Shown one piece after another: positions 26,410 to 39,482 of a stretch of DNA of 64,000 nt. The notes beneath the pieces were generated by a model. It was given only the letters and a program-made list of their open reading frames with translations, did no database searches and was not told where the DNA came from. The stretch comes from Glaucostegus cemiculus (lineage: Eukaryota), in contig CDPCPM010000014.1 in assembly GCA_976551045.1 (NCBI GenBank), positions 28,458,001 through 28,522,000 of the forward strand, in the 5' to 3' direction. Both the position numbers and the translations under genes were made by a program. How positions within the stretch are numbered: position 1 is the first letter of the stretch; the number at the start of each line of letters is the position of its first letter.

Positions 26410-26590
26410 ACATGCACTTTACAGCCTCAGGACAACTCAAGAACACTGCACTGCCAATTAAATACTCTAGAGTGAAAAGTCACTGTCATAATGTTGGAAA
26501 TATAGCCACCACTTTCTGCAAAGCACACTCTAAGTGGAAAGACTCTACAACCTCTGACTTGGAGATGAGAGTGCCATTACTTGTGCCACA
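26410..26590 (-). mobile_element. DeuSINE-like fragment
   Basis: gccaattaaatactct...gtcactgtcataatgttggaaatatagccacc, plus a head remnant aacctctgacttggagatgagagtgc. Confidence 0.45.
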
Positions 26591-29178
26591 CATGCAGTGC
26601 ATCTCAAAACTAAAGCTTTGGAACAGTGTACACCAGAACACTATAGTCCACAATTCTTTCAAGGCGTTCTTGTTCAATGTTATACAGTTACTGTGTTTTT
26701 CTAAAAAAAAGAGCTGTTGCTGTGTCATCCTCCCAGGTGATTGCTAATAAAGAAAGCAAAATAAACATTAGATATAAATCAGACTAACCTCTAACATTAG
26801 CACCAGTAAGCAATCACTATCTTTTTGTTTTACATAGCATTGAAAGACCCAGCCTTTGGAGCCCACTTTTTGGTTCTTTAGCCAAAAGGATTTCAATCTG
26901 CTCTTAAACATATGAACTGTTAGACCACACAAAGTGATTCAAGTGGTTTTGCCAAAAAAACAAATCTGAGCTTTTAGAGCATTTCAGTGCTTGTGATTTC
27001 AAATATCAAGGTTGTGTGTGTTTTTGGGATGACCAGTCTTGAATGGATTGTTAATCCTTTTAATAAAGACTTTCTTTAATGTGTGAGTTAATGTGCTTCA
27101 GATGTCCTCAATTTCCATTGAACAAGCCACCACCTTAAATGGCTTAGGGGGCCATTGTAATTTCTGTATAAAGGAACACTCCCTACAGTGTATGTTATAT
27201 ATAAACATACACACCATGGAACTGTACATAGAAATATTGGCCATTGCAAGAAGGATGTGATACTTCAATAAACCTTACATTTTTGATTTAAGTATCAATA
27301 TGTTTTAACCCTGCCAGTTCAATGGGAATAGGCCAAGCAGCTGATGGTTTAAATGGTAGATGGGAGCATCTCACTCTCTTCCCTAGTTAAGGCTGTCATC
27401 TTAAGGAGAAGTCTTTTGGCAGCATTGTGAGTAGCCATCACAGGCAGAGGGACTTACATATACAAAAGTCAAGTCGATACAAGGCATTTAGATATGGATG
27501 CAATTTTAATTGCCACTGATAGAAAAGTGCTCACTGCTGGGCCTTCCAATAAAACCTGGCAGAAGGTTGATGTTGCCCAGCTAACGTTTTAATAATAAAG
27601 TGTGCTCCTCCATGTCTCCTCAGGAAACTTTGGGCAACACCTATTCTGGGGTTCCTTTCTCCTTCTCAGAGTGGTTTGCCCTCAAACACCCATTCCTTCA
27701 GCACAGCATCATGCATGTTTCCTTTGGGTTTCAGGCACTTCACAACTCAAAACCTCACTGGCACACTGCAATCTGTCAACTTCCACAAGATCCAGGCTTT
27801 AGCTTGAATGGGAAAAATCTCCTGTTTCACATTCCATGGGTGAGCAAGGGATCTTTGTATCGTGTCCACACGGCTCAAGATTTTGGCATTGTGCCATGAA
27901 GGAGCAATTTGGCACTTCCAATTACCAAACTTAGTTGCATTATATAAATCTTCCAGGCCTCTTGTTGTGAGAAGAGTGTGGGTGCTGGTGACTGGGGGCA
28001 GAAGGCTTGATGGTGTGGGATAAGTAAATTGGTGGCACTAGATGTCCTGCTGCCTGCCTCATGACATTCAGGCACTTTTGGAGTTAATGCTGAGGCTTAT
28101 TATTTCAGTAAACTGGAGCCTCTAAATCACGCAATATCTTTACACTTCCATAACGCTTAACATGACACGTAGAAAGCTCAACTAGTTCTATATAAAGAAG
28201 TTTGGCAACCAGAACTACAAAATTGCTTCTTCATTGCACAACGTCAAAATCTTGGGCCATGGTGGATACTGTACAAAGGTCCCCTGCATGCCCATGGAAT
28301 GTGAAACAGGAGATTTTCCCAGTCATGTGCTATGCAAACTAAAGCCTGCCAAAAGAATGACTGGAACTGACACAGGCCAGAGTAAACAATCCAGCATATC
28401 CGATTTCAGGGTTATGTAAGAGCCAGAGATTAATGGTGCTGCACTCTTCAGCTCGCAAAGTAAAAGGGCCTCTCAGTTCTATGTTACCGAACAGCAGCTT
28501 TAACACCTTAGCTTCTGCCCTGGACCATAGAACCCAATTTTATTCAGTTACACTTGGGAATAAGATGCTGCAACAGGAGAAGGTTTTAGTCCTTCTATTC
28601 TCAAAACACCAGTTGTCTAAATGTTTTATTCAGATGGCATTACCTCAAGAGTTTCTGACCAGTGTTTTGGTAAGAAAATATCAAAGGGTATGGAGGCAAT
28701 TTTAACTTCACAAAATATTGTATAGCGTTTTGTATCAGTCCAGTTGCTCAATGTACACCGATTCAAAATTTTGTTTAGAACAAATTGAGCTAGGTATATA
28801 ACAAATGGTCAATCCAATATTACCATTTATATAATGTTAAAATTATTCATTCATACACATTGTTAGCATCCAGCAATACTTTTGGTATGAACATGCTGCA
28901 AATGCTTAAATGTCATTTATATTGAGTTTGATCAATATAAATGTCAGTGTACTGCATGCATCTGCCAGAATTTCACTACATAAGAACCAGGAAATTCAGG
29001 ATTTCAGCAGATGTGTGAGCAAATGAGAAAATCCTGTACTTCCTGACAGCTGCCTGGAGTGATTTTCACGACTATGCCCCACCTCTGGGCTCTGCATGGA
29101 ATCCAGTTGAACAACTTGATGAATGAAAGTATCAGTATTTTTAGATCTTTAATTGAGTTTATTTGGAGGATTTAAAAT

Positions 29179-29550
29179 AGAGTCAGTAATACAGCAAAAA
29201 AAAAAGGGCCCTTTGGCCTAACTTGTACATGCCGACCAAGGTGCTTACCTGAGCTGGTCCCATGTGCCTGGATTTGACCCACATCCCTCTAAACTTTTCC
29301 TATCCATGTATCTGTCGAAATGTCTCTTAAACATTGTAATAGTACCCACCTCCACCATGCCCTCTGGCAGCCCATTCCAGATACCTACCATCCTCTATAT
29401 GAAAAACTTGCCCCTTAGATCCCCTTTAAATCTTTCCCCTCTCACTTTAAACCTTATGCCCTCTAGTTTTAGACTCCCTACCCTGGTAAAAAGATTGTGA
29501 CCATCCAACTTATTTATGCCCCTCATGATGTTATAAACCTCTACAAGGTT
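29179..29550 (-). mobile_element. CR1-clade LINE 3' fragment
   Basis: Antisense of LVEVYNIMRG...VGIWNGLPE...FKRHFDRYMD plus 3' UTR; same subfamily as 35575-35985. Confidence 0.9.
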
Positions 29551-31764
29551 TTAAAGTTTATAAATGTTTAAATGTTTTAGATTTTTGTTTTCTTAATGGT
29601 TTTATTTACTGATTAATTTTGAATTGCTTTTGAATGTATTTCAATATCAGAAACATACAAAGTTAATTTCATTTTTTCCACCTTTGACAGCCAGCTAAGT
29701 CAGGGGATGCGACTTAGCTGCCAGTCTATATTGTTTCAGAAATTTCTCACCTTCTCACCACCTGACAGGATATACATGCACAAGGCCATGCCAATGTAGA
29801 GGGATTTGCTGCTAAGGACAGGGCTGGCTTTCTCTAGTTTTCCCATTCCAGGATCCAGATAAATGGAGTGCAACCATTCAGTGTAGTGCAATCCACTGCC
29901 GTCAAACTCTCAGCGCTAAGTCATTTCCCCTGACTGAATACTTCCTGAATTAGAAAGAAAGATGCCTTGGATTTAAGCAGCAAATGTATCAACAATCTTA
30001 CAAGGTTTCAGGGACTTAATTATAGTTTCCTAATTTTATAGCAAATTTGGAACATTACATATCATTATTTTCCATTAATTCAGGGATTGTGTGCACCAAA
30101 GTTAGACTTGAAGGGAAGTGGATGGAAAAGTAAAAAATATTAAAAATGCTGCTTTGATATCACTCCAGGCTGTATAAGCACATCTTTTTGTTTGGGTAGT
30201 TTGTTGTTTTGGGTCAAATGTTATGCCATTTATCAACATTGATTTAGGGAGCTAAGAACAGCTTAAGGATTTTTCTATAAAAGATGCTTTTGACATAGGG
30301 CCAAAATTTCCTCAAATTCATAAGCAAGTAATAACATAGCTGGAAAAACAAGCAAATGTCTATCATAAACTTGTACATCAGGTTGGCATGCAATTGTCCA
30401 ACATATTTAAGACAAAGCATTTTGTTGTCCTACCTCAAAATATTTTAGACTTACAATAAATTTAGCCCTTCCTTAAGAAGAAATTAAAAGTGGCCTTCTG
30501 AACGTTGATGAAACTGTTCCATAAATGTAGAACACTGGGGATTTTTAAACAATTGAAATGTTTAATCTGTTGAGAATACCTGAGCATTGTGTATCAAAAT
30601 AAATAATCTGCATGCAATTATTAATTTCATAAAACAGCACAATGCTTTAAGTGATCCACAATCCTGTTCAGTTTTCATTTCAACTAAATGATTTTCAGAT
30701 ACCAGTAATTCTGGGTAGGTATTTTTAATGAATGTTCCATAATACATAATATGCCTGCCTATTCTAACAGCTGTAAGTAAGATGGATTGAGTCTAAGTTC
30801 TGTTACGGTTGGATGCATTTCATAGCTAAATAAGGAGAAAATTCAGCCATACCTATTCTAAACCTCACTACTCTGTGCATAATATTCCATACATCCCAAA
30901 TCCACAAACTATCAGAGCAACCAAATGTATTTCTTGTAAGTGTCACTTCACAAGTACATGCTGTGTTAAAAGCTGTGGTTTAGTGTCCAAACACACTCTT
31001 GACAATTACAAACTGGCAACTGTCAGCTGCTACTTTTGAGGCAAGATTGGTTTTGGGTAGTAAAAGAAATTCTATGATTAGTATAATAGGGCAATACCAC
31101 TGAAAACTGAAACACATTTCCTTTTTGCACCCAAAATGTGCCTCAACCACCACAGGAATGAAAGTAGGTTGATAAAGGGAATACCCACGATACCCACAGA
31201 AAGGCAAAAAACACCAATTTAAGGGAAACATTTCCACTTTTTACCTGAAGACGTTAGGTACGAAATTCAAAATACCACCCATCCCATTGCAATTTACAGC
31301 CAGAATTTTCTTGCAATTTCCTGTACAGTAATGGTTTTGTTGGCTATTGTATACTTCCTCGATTATTTGACCAGTTTTGAACAAACATCTCAAAAACCTG
31401 CTTAGCTTACTAATATAGCACTACTCCTATGTAAAGGCGGAGTAGCACAAAATTCCTGCAGTGACATCAGTGACACCTTAAATTTAAAGCTTAACTTGTA
31501 TTTTGCATTGATTTTCTTAAGTTTTTCAGCATTTCTACTTATTGAAACCTACAATATTTGTGACAACTACTTTTTTTTTATTGTCCAAAATATGTTACAA
31601 AGAGAAAAGTTGCTCGTCTTAATCACAGCAGCTGAACATGTATAAATGATAGCTTAATCGCTTCATAACATCAATAAAATAAAGAAGGGCAGTAAGTAGC
31701 AAATTTCTGTGTTTTCCTTGGTTCATGTCTATTTGCACCAACTTGCAGTTGTTTAATCCAAAAT

Positions 31765-31935
31765 TAAAATACTGCTGATGTTGGAAAACTAAAATATGGC
31801 AGAAAATGCGAAACTACTCAGTAGGTCAGGTTGCATCTATGGAGAAAAATACAGTTCCAGTTCAGTTAACTTTGCCCTTCCCTTTATAGATGCTGTCAGA
31901 TCTGCCAAATATTTTCTGCATTTTGTTTTATTCTG
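31765..31935. mobile_element. Penelope-type palindromic mini-element, central hammerhead deleted
   Basis: Arms gcagaaaatgc...tactcagtaggtcaggttgcatctat / atagatgctgtcagatctg...attttctgcattttg. Confidence 0.65.
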
Positions 31936-33171
31936 GTTGCTTAATTTGCTTTTTTTAAAAAAATGTTCCTGAAATATTTGAGGTTTACACAAATTATTGG
32001 GGTACGCGGCTGATGACAGGGTTGCCGCAGGATGTCAGCACATTCCCAGACCTTCTGTCCCTATTTGTTTAGGGACATTTAACCAATTATCCATACTGTT
32101 TCAAAGATGTAGATTACGTTTGTCTTCTCAGTCATATTTTAACGCAAAACTATTGCATGTCCTTAGCCTTGCCTCCGATTTGATTAAGATCTAACACCAT
32201 CTCTGTTGTCTTTTGTGTGCTTTTGCTAGCATCTCCGTATCCTGTCAGTTTAGAACTGGAAACAATACTTCAAGTGCGGCTACATCAAAACTTAAGGTGT
32301 CAGTGTTACCACTTTGATTTAAAGGCTAGGGATCAGTTAAACCTCCAATTTGCCATGCCAATTGCTGTCAAGCAGATTTACACTTCCAATGTTTGGCTCA
32401 TTATCAAATTCAGATCCTCTTCCAATTGCCTTCTATTTATTGATTTATTTTGGAACAAAAATGACATTTAATAATATTATGCAACATACACTTCAATATG
32501 TAAAGCTTTTTGCTGTTCCTCTTAGTAGTTATTCCTTGAGATTTTACAGGAATCAGACTTCACAGAAGCCCTGTTCTCTTTCCAATTTTGTGACATTGCA
32601 AACAGACTTTGGTATATTGCAAGTACAACCTCATTAATATTTTGAGCAGCACAGGGACCCTGCTTGACAAAGTCACCCAGCTGCAGCCACCATCCAAGAT
32701 TTTCTATAGTATTTTGCCAATTTTGGTCAGTAATCAGACAGGGACAGTAAAAGAAGCACAGATTCATTATACATACAACTCTCACTTGCCTTTGCACCAG
32801 GCTAATTGCCTCTGTTATTTCTAACACCCAGCAAAAGTGTGCAAAGGCTCTGCTGAATGTCCCTTTCCCATCATTTCCACCTCATTTGTGCTCAGTCACA
32901 AATAAGCCACAATGAAAAACATGAAAAAGTTTGTGAAGCAAGGCTTTCAAAATACAAGTAATAAATCAATAGCACTGCAAAACACATTATGGTGTTACTT
33001 TTATTTGTTAAAATTAATCTTTAGATTTGGTTAGTTACCCTGCAAACTGTCTTATCTGCCAATAGCTTAAGGTCTACCCTTTTTAGACAAGGCAAAGTCT
33101 TAATCATGTTGCAAGTCTCATCCATGTTTTCTACTGTGAAGACAAGAGAAAATGGCAGGTTGGGGAAATTA

Positions 33172-33770
33172 GACACCACTCTGAAAAATTTACACCTCAG
33201 ATCCCTTTTTGGCTTCCTTGATCTCACCTTAAACTTTTGCCCTTTAGTTTTTGCCACACATACAATAGGAAACAGATGCTGGCCATTTTCCCTATCTATG
33301 CCTCTCAATTTTATATACCTCTGTTACATCATTTCTCAGCCTCCTTCACAATCTCCGTATCCAGTCTCTCCTTATAACTCAAATGCTCCAAGAAACATCC
33401 TTGTGAAATGGAGACACAAAAGACTGCAGATGTTGGAATCTGGAGCAAGAAACAAACTGCTGCATGAACTCAGCAGTTCCAGCAAGTTCCAGAGATAAAG
33501 GGTTAGTTGACATTTTGGATCAAAACCCTGTCAGGAGCAGCATCTGATGCAAGGTCTTGACCTGAAGCATTAAACATCCCTTTGCCTCCACAGATGTTGC
33601 TTGACTCATTGAGTTCCTCCAGCAATTTATTTTTGCTTTACATCCTTTTGAGTATTTACTGCACCCTCTCCAGCTTAATCACTTCTTTCCTGTAGTGTGG
33701 TGACCAGAACTGCACACAACGCTGCAAGTGCGACCTAACCAATGTTTGGTACAGCATAACATGATATCCC
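33172..33770 (-). mobile_element. CR1-clade LINE fragment interrupted by a Penelope-type element
   Basis: ORF 33021..33308(-) MRGIDRENGQHLFP...KTKGQKFKVR; resumes after 33640 with the antisense of CVQFWSPHYRKEVIKLERVQ. Confidence 0.85.
33410..33639. mobile_element. Penelope-type palindromic mini-element with degenerate hammerhead (33544-33575) and ~13-bp TSD
   Basis: Arms aaactgctgcatgaactcagc / ttgagttcctccagcaattt; core CTGATGC-A-AGGTC-TT-GACCT-GAAG; flanks acatccttgtgaa (33395) / acatccttttgag (33640). Confidence 0.8.
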
Positions 33771-35574
33771 ATCACTAATGGTAAAAATCTCCCCAGAGTT
33801 TGCTAACATAACTTTCAACCCAGAAAGGCAAGATTTCAGGTGGATCCTTGTAGATGAAGCAGTGTCTGTGGCCATGGTGAGAGCACGAGGGTGCTTTGCA
33901 AAGGACTAAGCTGCGCACTCTTATAAAGAAATTCAGTCACCAAATTTGTCATTAACCATGCTACAAGCATGCTGAAAGGGATCACAAGACACCTGGATCA
34001 GTTTGTTGGATACATCCTGGGAGTGTGCTGGAGTGCTTTGAGTAGGATGTGGAAAATGAAGACTCAGAAAGGAAGCAAGGGTTTCCGGGGGATGAACTGA
34101 AGATTCACTGCTGGCTGCACCCTCGGTAGGAGTATGAGCACTGTTCATGCCCTACTGGCATGGAAGATTCATACTTGACCACATATCTGGCACATGCATC
34201 AGTATATCACTCTACTACTTCTCCTTCTCACCACAGGCAGGTCCTCATCCACAGAACCTTCCCCATGTATTAATTCACAAAGCTAACACTTGTGCTCTCT
34301 CGTCAAAGCCACTTTGAAATCTTGCCAAGAGCAATGTTTGCATGTGTAATGTTTTTATAGCATTTTATTAATTTAATTTATAACTCATACTGTGTATATC
34401 TGCCTACTGTTTCTCTGCTTCCCATTGATGCTGGCGTGTGGTATGAAAACTCGTAAACTTAATCTGCTGCTTCTCCCAGGAGTTAATTAATGGACATGAG
34501 CATGTGAGCTTATTGCACAGCATTATGATTCCAAGGATAGGAGGTTCTCTCACCAACCTGACACAGCTCTTGCACTGCTCACAGCTTCATTCTTCTATAG
34601 ATAAAATGTTCAGTACTGGAGACGGACGGTGGGTGTGCATGAATGACACGCTTAATTAAAGCAGCACTTAGAGTCCCCATCCCTGCAACACTACCATCAC
34701 TGAAAGTGTTGGCTTCGAATGTAGGAAACCAGCTTAAGGATAACAATGAAATCCACGAGAAGCCCTTGAGAGACTCCCTGACAAACCGCCTGGTGCTTGT
34801 AAGGGACAACCTCGCAACTGGGGGTTTAATGGCAGCATCCAGGGAAGCATGCAAACTGGCCTTAGCTTGCCCTGGGAATTTCTACAGCCTTGATTTACCA
34901 TATGCTCCTGAATGGATTGTGATACTGTGAAGTTATCTGCAATTCTCCTGCATTTGCAGGTAATTGATTACTGTAATTATCAATGCACTAACCTACGTGA
35001 CACCTGAAAAGGTTCAAATTTTAAAAGCAGGTCCCATAAAATTTAGACCCTCAGTCTTTTAAGTTGAATGGTAATCTGCCTCCTCATGAATGACTCTGAA
35101 CTGCTTCAGCTCGCACATGTACTCTATATTGCCAAGAGCACTTGTCACTGAATCCCTAGTTTCCCTGGGATTCTGCATTTGATACTTGTAAGTGAGCAGA
35201 AGAGATGTCCGATTCTCTCTTCCTTTGGCCACATCTGCAAAAGAATACAAGAAAAGTTAAGATGGGTTGCCAAAGAGCAGTCATTTTGAGAGTTTTAGTA
35301 AAAATTGGGTTTCCACTTTTTTTTGATACTAAAATATAGAGTGGGATGAAAAAGACTAAATTTCAGAGACTAAAATTTAAACTCTGGATGGGATCTGGGT
35401 TTGTGGACTTAAGTCAGCAGCAGAGTTCAAGCCCAGGAGGCTGATGGTGGTCAAACACAAAGCAGTTAGATTTCTTGGGATACTTTTTGTAGTAAACGCA
35501 TGAAGAATTACGTGAAGGAAAACCTACAGGGGTAGGTTAAAAATGTAAGACGAACCAGTCCCTCGAGTATGTTG

Positions 35575-35985
35575 TTATGGAGCGAGGTTGAGCAGGTTGG
35601 GACTTTTACTGGAGTGCAAGAAAAAGAAAGGTGATCTTATAGAGGTGTACAAGATCATGTGGGGCATAGATAGGGTGAAGGTGCACACAGTCTTTTTTTG
35701 TCAGGGTTGGGGAATCAAGAACTAGAGGGATAGGTTTAAGGAGGGAGGGGAGAGATTTAATAGGAACCCAAGGGGCAACTTTCTCACCCAGAGGGTGGTC
35801 GGTATGTGGAACGAGCAGCCAAAGTGGTTGAGGTGGGTATATTAACAATGTTTAAAAGACCCTTGGACAGGTACATGGAAAGGAAAGGTTTAGAGGGATA
35901 TGGGTCAAACATGAGCTTAGATGGGAATCTTGGGCAGCATGAACCAGTTGGGCCAAAGAGCCAGTTTCTGTGATGTATGACTACG
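35575..35985 (+). mobile_element. CR1-clade LINE 3' fragment
   Basis: ggtgatcttatagaggtgtacaagatcatg (GDLIEVYKIM)...cagagggtggtcggtatgtggaacgagc (QRVVGMWNE) plus 3' UTR. Confidence 0.9.
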
Positions 35986-37007
35986 ACCCTCCACACCCCA
36001 CCCCTGTAATCTGGGCATTGATGGTCATCAATTTAATGCCTTAAAGGAGAGCAAGGGAGTTTGATGAAAGTGGTTGATATCCTACTTTCAATGCTCTGAT
36101 TGGCTTACTGGGCTTTTGTTTATCTTGGTCTTGTCATTGAATTTCTTCCAGTAAGCACCGATCATCTTGCCGATTATCTGCCATTATTCTTCATGGGTTA
36201 TGATTGCTGTATGCAAACATGTCTCCATCCTCTTTCTGCTACACATTCATGTGAGCCAGGGGCCCTGTCACTTCAACAAACCTTGCAGACCTCACAAACG
36301 TTCAACTGAGCATTTTATATTCTGCATCAACATTTTTTTTGTATGTTTTTGGACTCTTGAAACATCTTTGGGCACATATCACCTCTTTGGGTATCCAAAA
36401 GCAAACTCCCAATGACTTGAATTTTCATGAAGTTTGTAGCTCACCATTATTACTTTACTTAGGCTGCCAACAACAATACAGCTTACATCTTGCAGATTGT
36501 TGCACATCACATTCTGTTATTTTCCCCATTTATTTTTTCTGGGATTTCACGCAGACAAAAAACTAGACCTACATTCACTTGGTTTATTCCACTTAATAAT
36601 CTAATTTACAATTTCTTATTAAAGCCTTGTCCTTTCAAGTCTATAAGAGACTTTCTATAAGAGACACTCTGAAGGTCTAAATGTATAATGACCACTCCAA
36701 AGCTCTCATCTACAAACAGTTATTAAATTTCTTAGATATGATTTTCCTCTCAAACCCCAGATTTCTTTTATTCCCAGATGGTTGAGTCATTTCCCTGTGA
36801 AGGTTTCCAATCTATTTCCCACCTTTGAGACATTGATAAAGACTGTCAGTTAGTAGAGAAAAAAATGGGAGCTTTAGAAAGCAAATGATGTTCTCCAGAG
36901 ACTGGCTAAACACATTCCTCTTAGGACCATTACAGCTGGTCAAGATGCATGGGAAAGAAAGATCAGATTTAAATATTCAGAAGTCAAATACATTACGCTG
37001 CTACACT

Positions 37008-37068
37008 TAGCATGGACTTGATGGGTCTAATGGCCTAATTCTATGCTGTAACAATTCTATGATTCTAT
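37008..37068 (+). mobile_element. CR1 3' tail fragment
   Basis: gcatggacttgatgggtctaatggcctaattctatgctgta...ttctatgattctat (CR1 terminal octamer repeats). Confidence 0.7.
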
Positions 37069-38324
37069 ATACAGTTGTCAATTATTCTCAAATGGTTTTA
37101 TTTGTGGGTAATTTGAAAACCAGGTTTAAATGAGATTTTAATCAAAAATTTCCTTCAGGAATATTCCTAATCTAATTACAAATTGTGGAATTTCTGTATT
37201 CTTGAGCTTTTTAATATTGGCTCCCTGGTTAATTCCTGATTCTGAATATTATTTCACACATTTACAATTCCCATTCTTGATATTATCAGTTTATGTTAAA
37301 TTGGTTAGAACAAATTCAAATGTTAATCTCTCTAGCTTCTCTTGTGTAAAGGTCAGGAATCCAGCCCCATTAATGAAGAAGCATCCTCCTGGAATTCCCA
37401 GGAATGCGGTGTTTCAAGCATTCCCTGTATTGTAAAATTCCATAATAGCATAATGAAAAATTGTTCTGGTAAATGTCCATGTCTGACAACGTCTTTAAAA
37501 ATACTAGTTCTCTTTCGTTTTTCTGCTTCAAGAAAGTAGAGGGTCATTTTCCTGACTGTTCTGTTATAGCAGAACAAAGTAACACAATTAACACTGCCTG
37601 GTATTTTGTTCTAAGATGCTGTATGTGCAGGGAATTTAAACCATTTAATGTGACTTTTTGACCTCTTGGTGGTTTGTGTTCAGCCAAAAACTGGAAATTC
37701 TAGGAAAAGTCTCAAAAATACAATCACCTGAAACACACAGTTTAGACATCACTTTAAGATTTTCAGAGGAACTTAAATTTTAACTGGTATTCTCTCTTTT
37801 TCAGATTTATATGAAACCACACAAGATCACAGTTTAATTGCTCAATTATTATTGGTAAGCAGAGCATCTCAGAGTCTCTATTCTGCTGAACTTCTAGAAG
37901 TCATGCACAGCAGTTCTGGTGCTCAGTGTAATCAAAAATGACAAGCTGCTGAAAAAGTCTGGAGCTGACATAAGCACCTGCTGCTTCCTCATGGACTTGT
38001 TGATGTTAGTTAGTTAGTTAGTAGCTGATTTCAAATGTACAAAGGATTTATACTTGTTAATAAAAGTAATAGAGTTAAAAGTAGGTAGTTGCTTTATACA
38101 TCTTGCCATATTCATTTTTGAACTGGATTGACTTCTTAAAAATGACAATGAAATTAGATATTTTTCTGAACATTTTTTCTGATATTTTTCTGCAAAACAA
38201 AGTGAACATTTGTGGCAACTGTATATTTTATAACTGCAGATGGAAAATGCATGTTCATCCACAGGAAGATGAGGGCACAGATCCAAAATTATTTTTTGTT
38301 AACACCAGACTATATTCTTTCTTG

Positions 38325-38590
38325 GACCAAGTCCTGCATCCTCGTTGTCACTTTCCTTACGTGCATTTTTGGTTCTCTAAAGCCTCCGATTTAAAATTCT
38401 CCTCATTTTTAAATCTATCTTGTCTTTTCTTATTTCTTCAATATCCTTAAGCTTGCCCCCTCTGGTGTGCAGACTTTACTATTGCCTTACTCTCAGTTTC
38501 AATATCGGCAATTCTACCTTCAGTCCGCTGCCCCAAACCTCTCCTCTCCACCACCCTTTCTTCCATTAGGATGCTTCTTGAATTCCAAAT
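38325..38590 (+). mobile_element. Old L2-clade LINE 3' fragment
   Basis: gatttaaaattctcctcatttttaaatct (FKILLIFKS) and ggcaattctaccttcag region. Confidence 0.5.
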
Positions 38591-39423
38591 TTCCCTCTTT
38601 TGCTGACCTTTAATTTTCCCTCAAGTCTTTATGAAACAGAAGACAATTTTTCCACATTGAAGGACCTTTCCAAAGCAAGAACCTGGCACCAGCAAGTCCA
38701 GGGAAGAGATGAAGGCCATTTAAGATCTAAAGTTGTGTTGTGCAAGAGACTTGTGCCAGTGTGTTCTGCCAATGCTGGGTATTGATTTTTGCATCCACAC
38801 ATCATGAATGTTGGGAGTAATGTACACATTGTGAATTACCTTGGCTATGCCTTGTCACAGCAAGAGCTGTAAATGTGGCCACATTCAGCTGGACCCTGAG
38901 GCTGTATAACAAAGTGAACAGAATGGAAGATACTTGGAGAACTTAGAAACACCCCTTTCATCCCCTGCCCAACCTCCCCTCCATCAGAGGAACATAGAAG
39001 GTCTCACCTGATCAGAAATCCAGTCCAATATCACATCCAAGATGACCACATTGACCTCTTCTGTAACAGGCTCCTCAATAATGTTGTAGCTAAAATCCCT
39101 TTGAGTGGTCCTGCTTCCTTCCTTTGGGACCTGCTTTCCTGCTGGCAGCCTGAAGAGCTTCTTCATAGTATATCTATGGTCCAATAAGTCAGCTGCAGTA
39201 ACAGTGTGTCACAGGTCAACTTTCAACACTGATGTGTGCCCCTGTATTTTATGCATAGGTATAACATGCTCATGGAAGTGTGTGATTCAAAGTCTCAGTC
39301 ACATTTACTCATTGATTTGAATCCACAATTCAATCCTGTAGTGCATGAAAAAAAGCATGAACTACACAATTAAATTTCAAGGCTGAGAACTCTACCATAA
39401 CCAACTACATCACAGCAATATTT

Positions 39424-39482
39424 AGTTTGGGAGATAGGCCAATGGGAGGCTTGAGACTTCCCATTGGCTTATCTTTCAAATT
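39424..39482. repeat. 26-bp inverted repeat with 7-nt loop
   Basis: 39424-39449 pairs with 39457-39482; five differences, all G (left arm) opposite T (right arm). Confidence 0.9.

Noticed and set aside
4949-28418. Distal D-boxes TTATGTAA at 4949 and 28411
   Set aside because: AT-rich 8-mer expected several times by chance; no supporting context.
38454-38468. CTCF-like tgccccctctggtg
   Set aside because: One base short of canonical core spacing and inside an L2 remnant.
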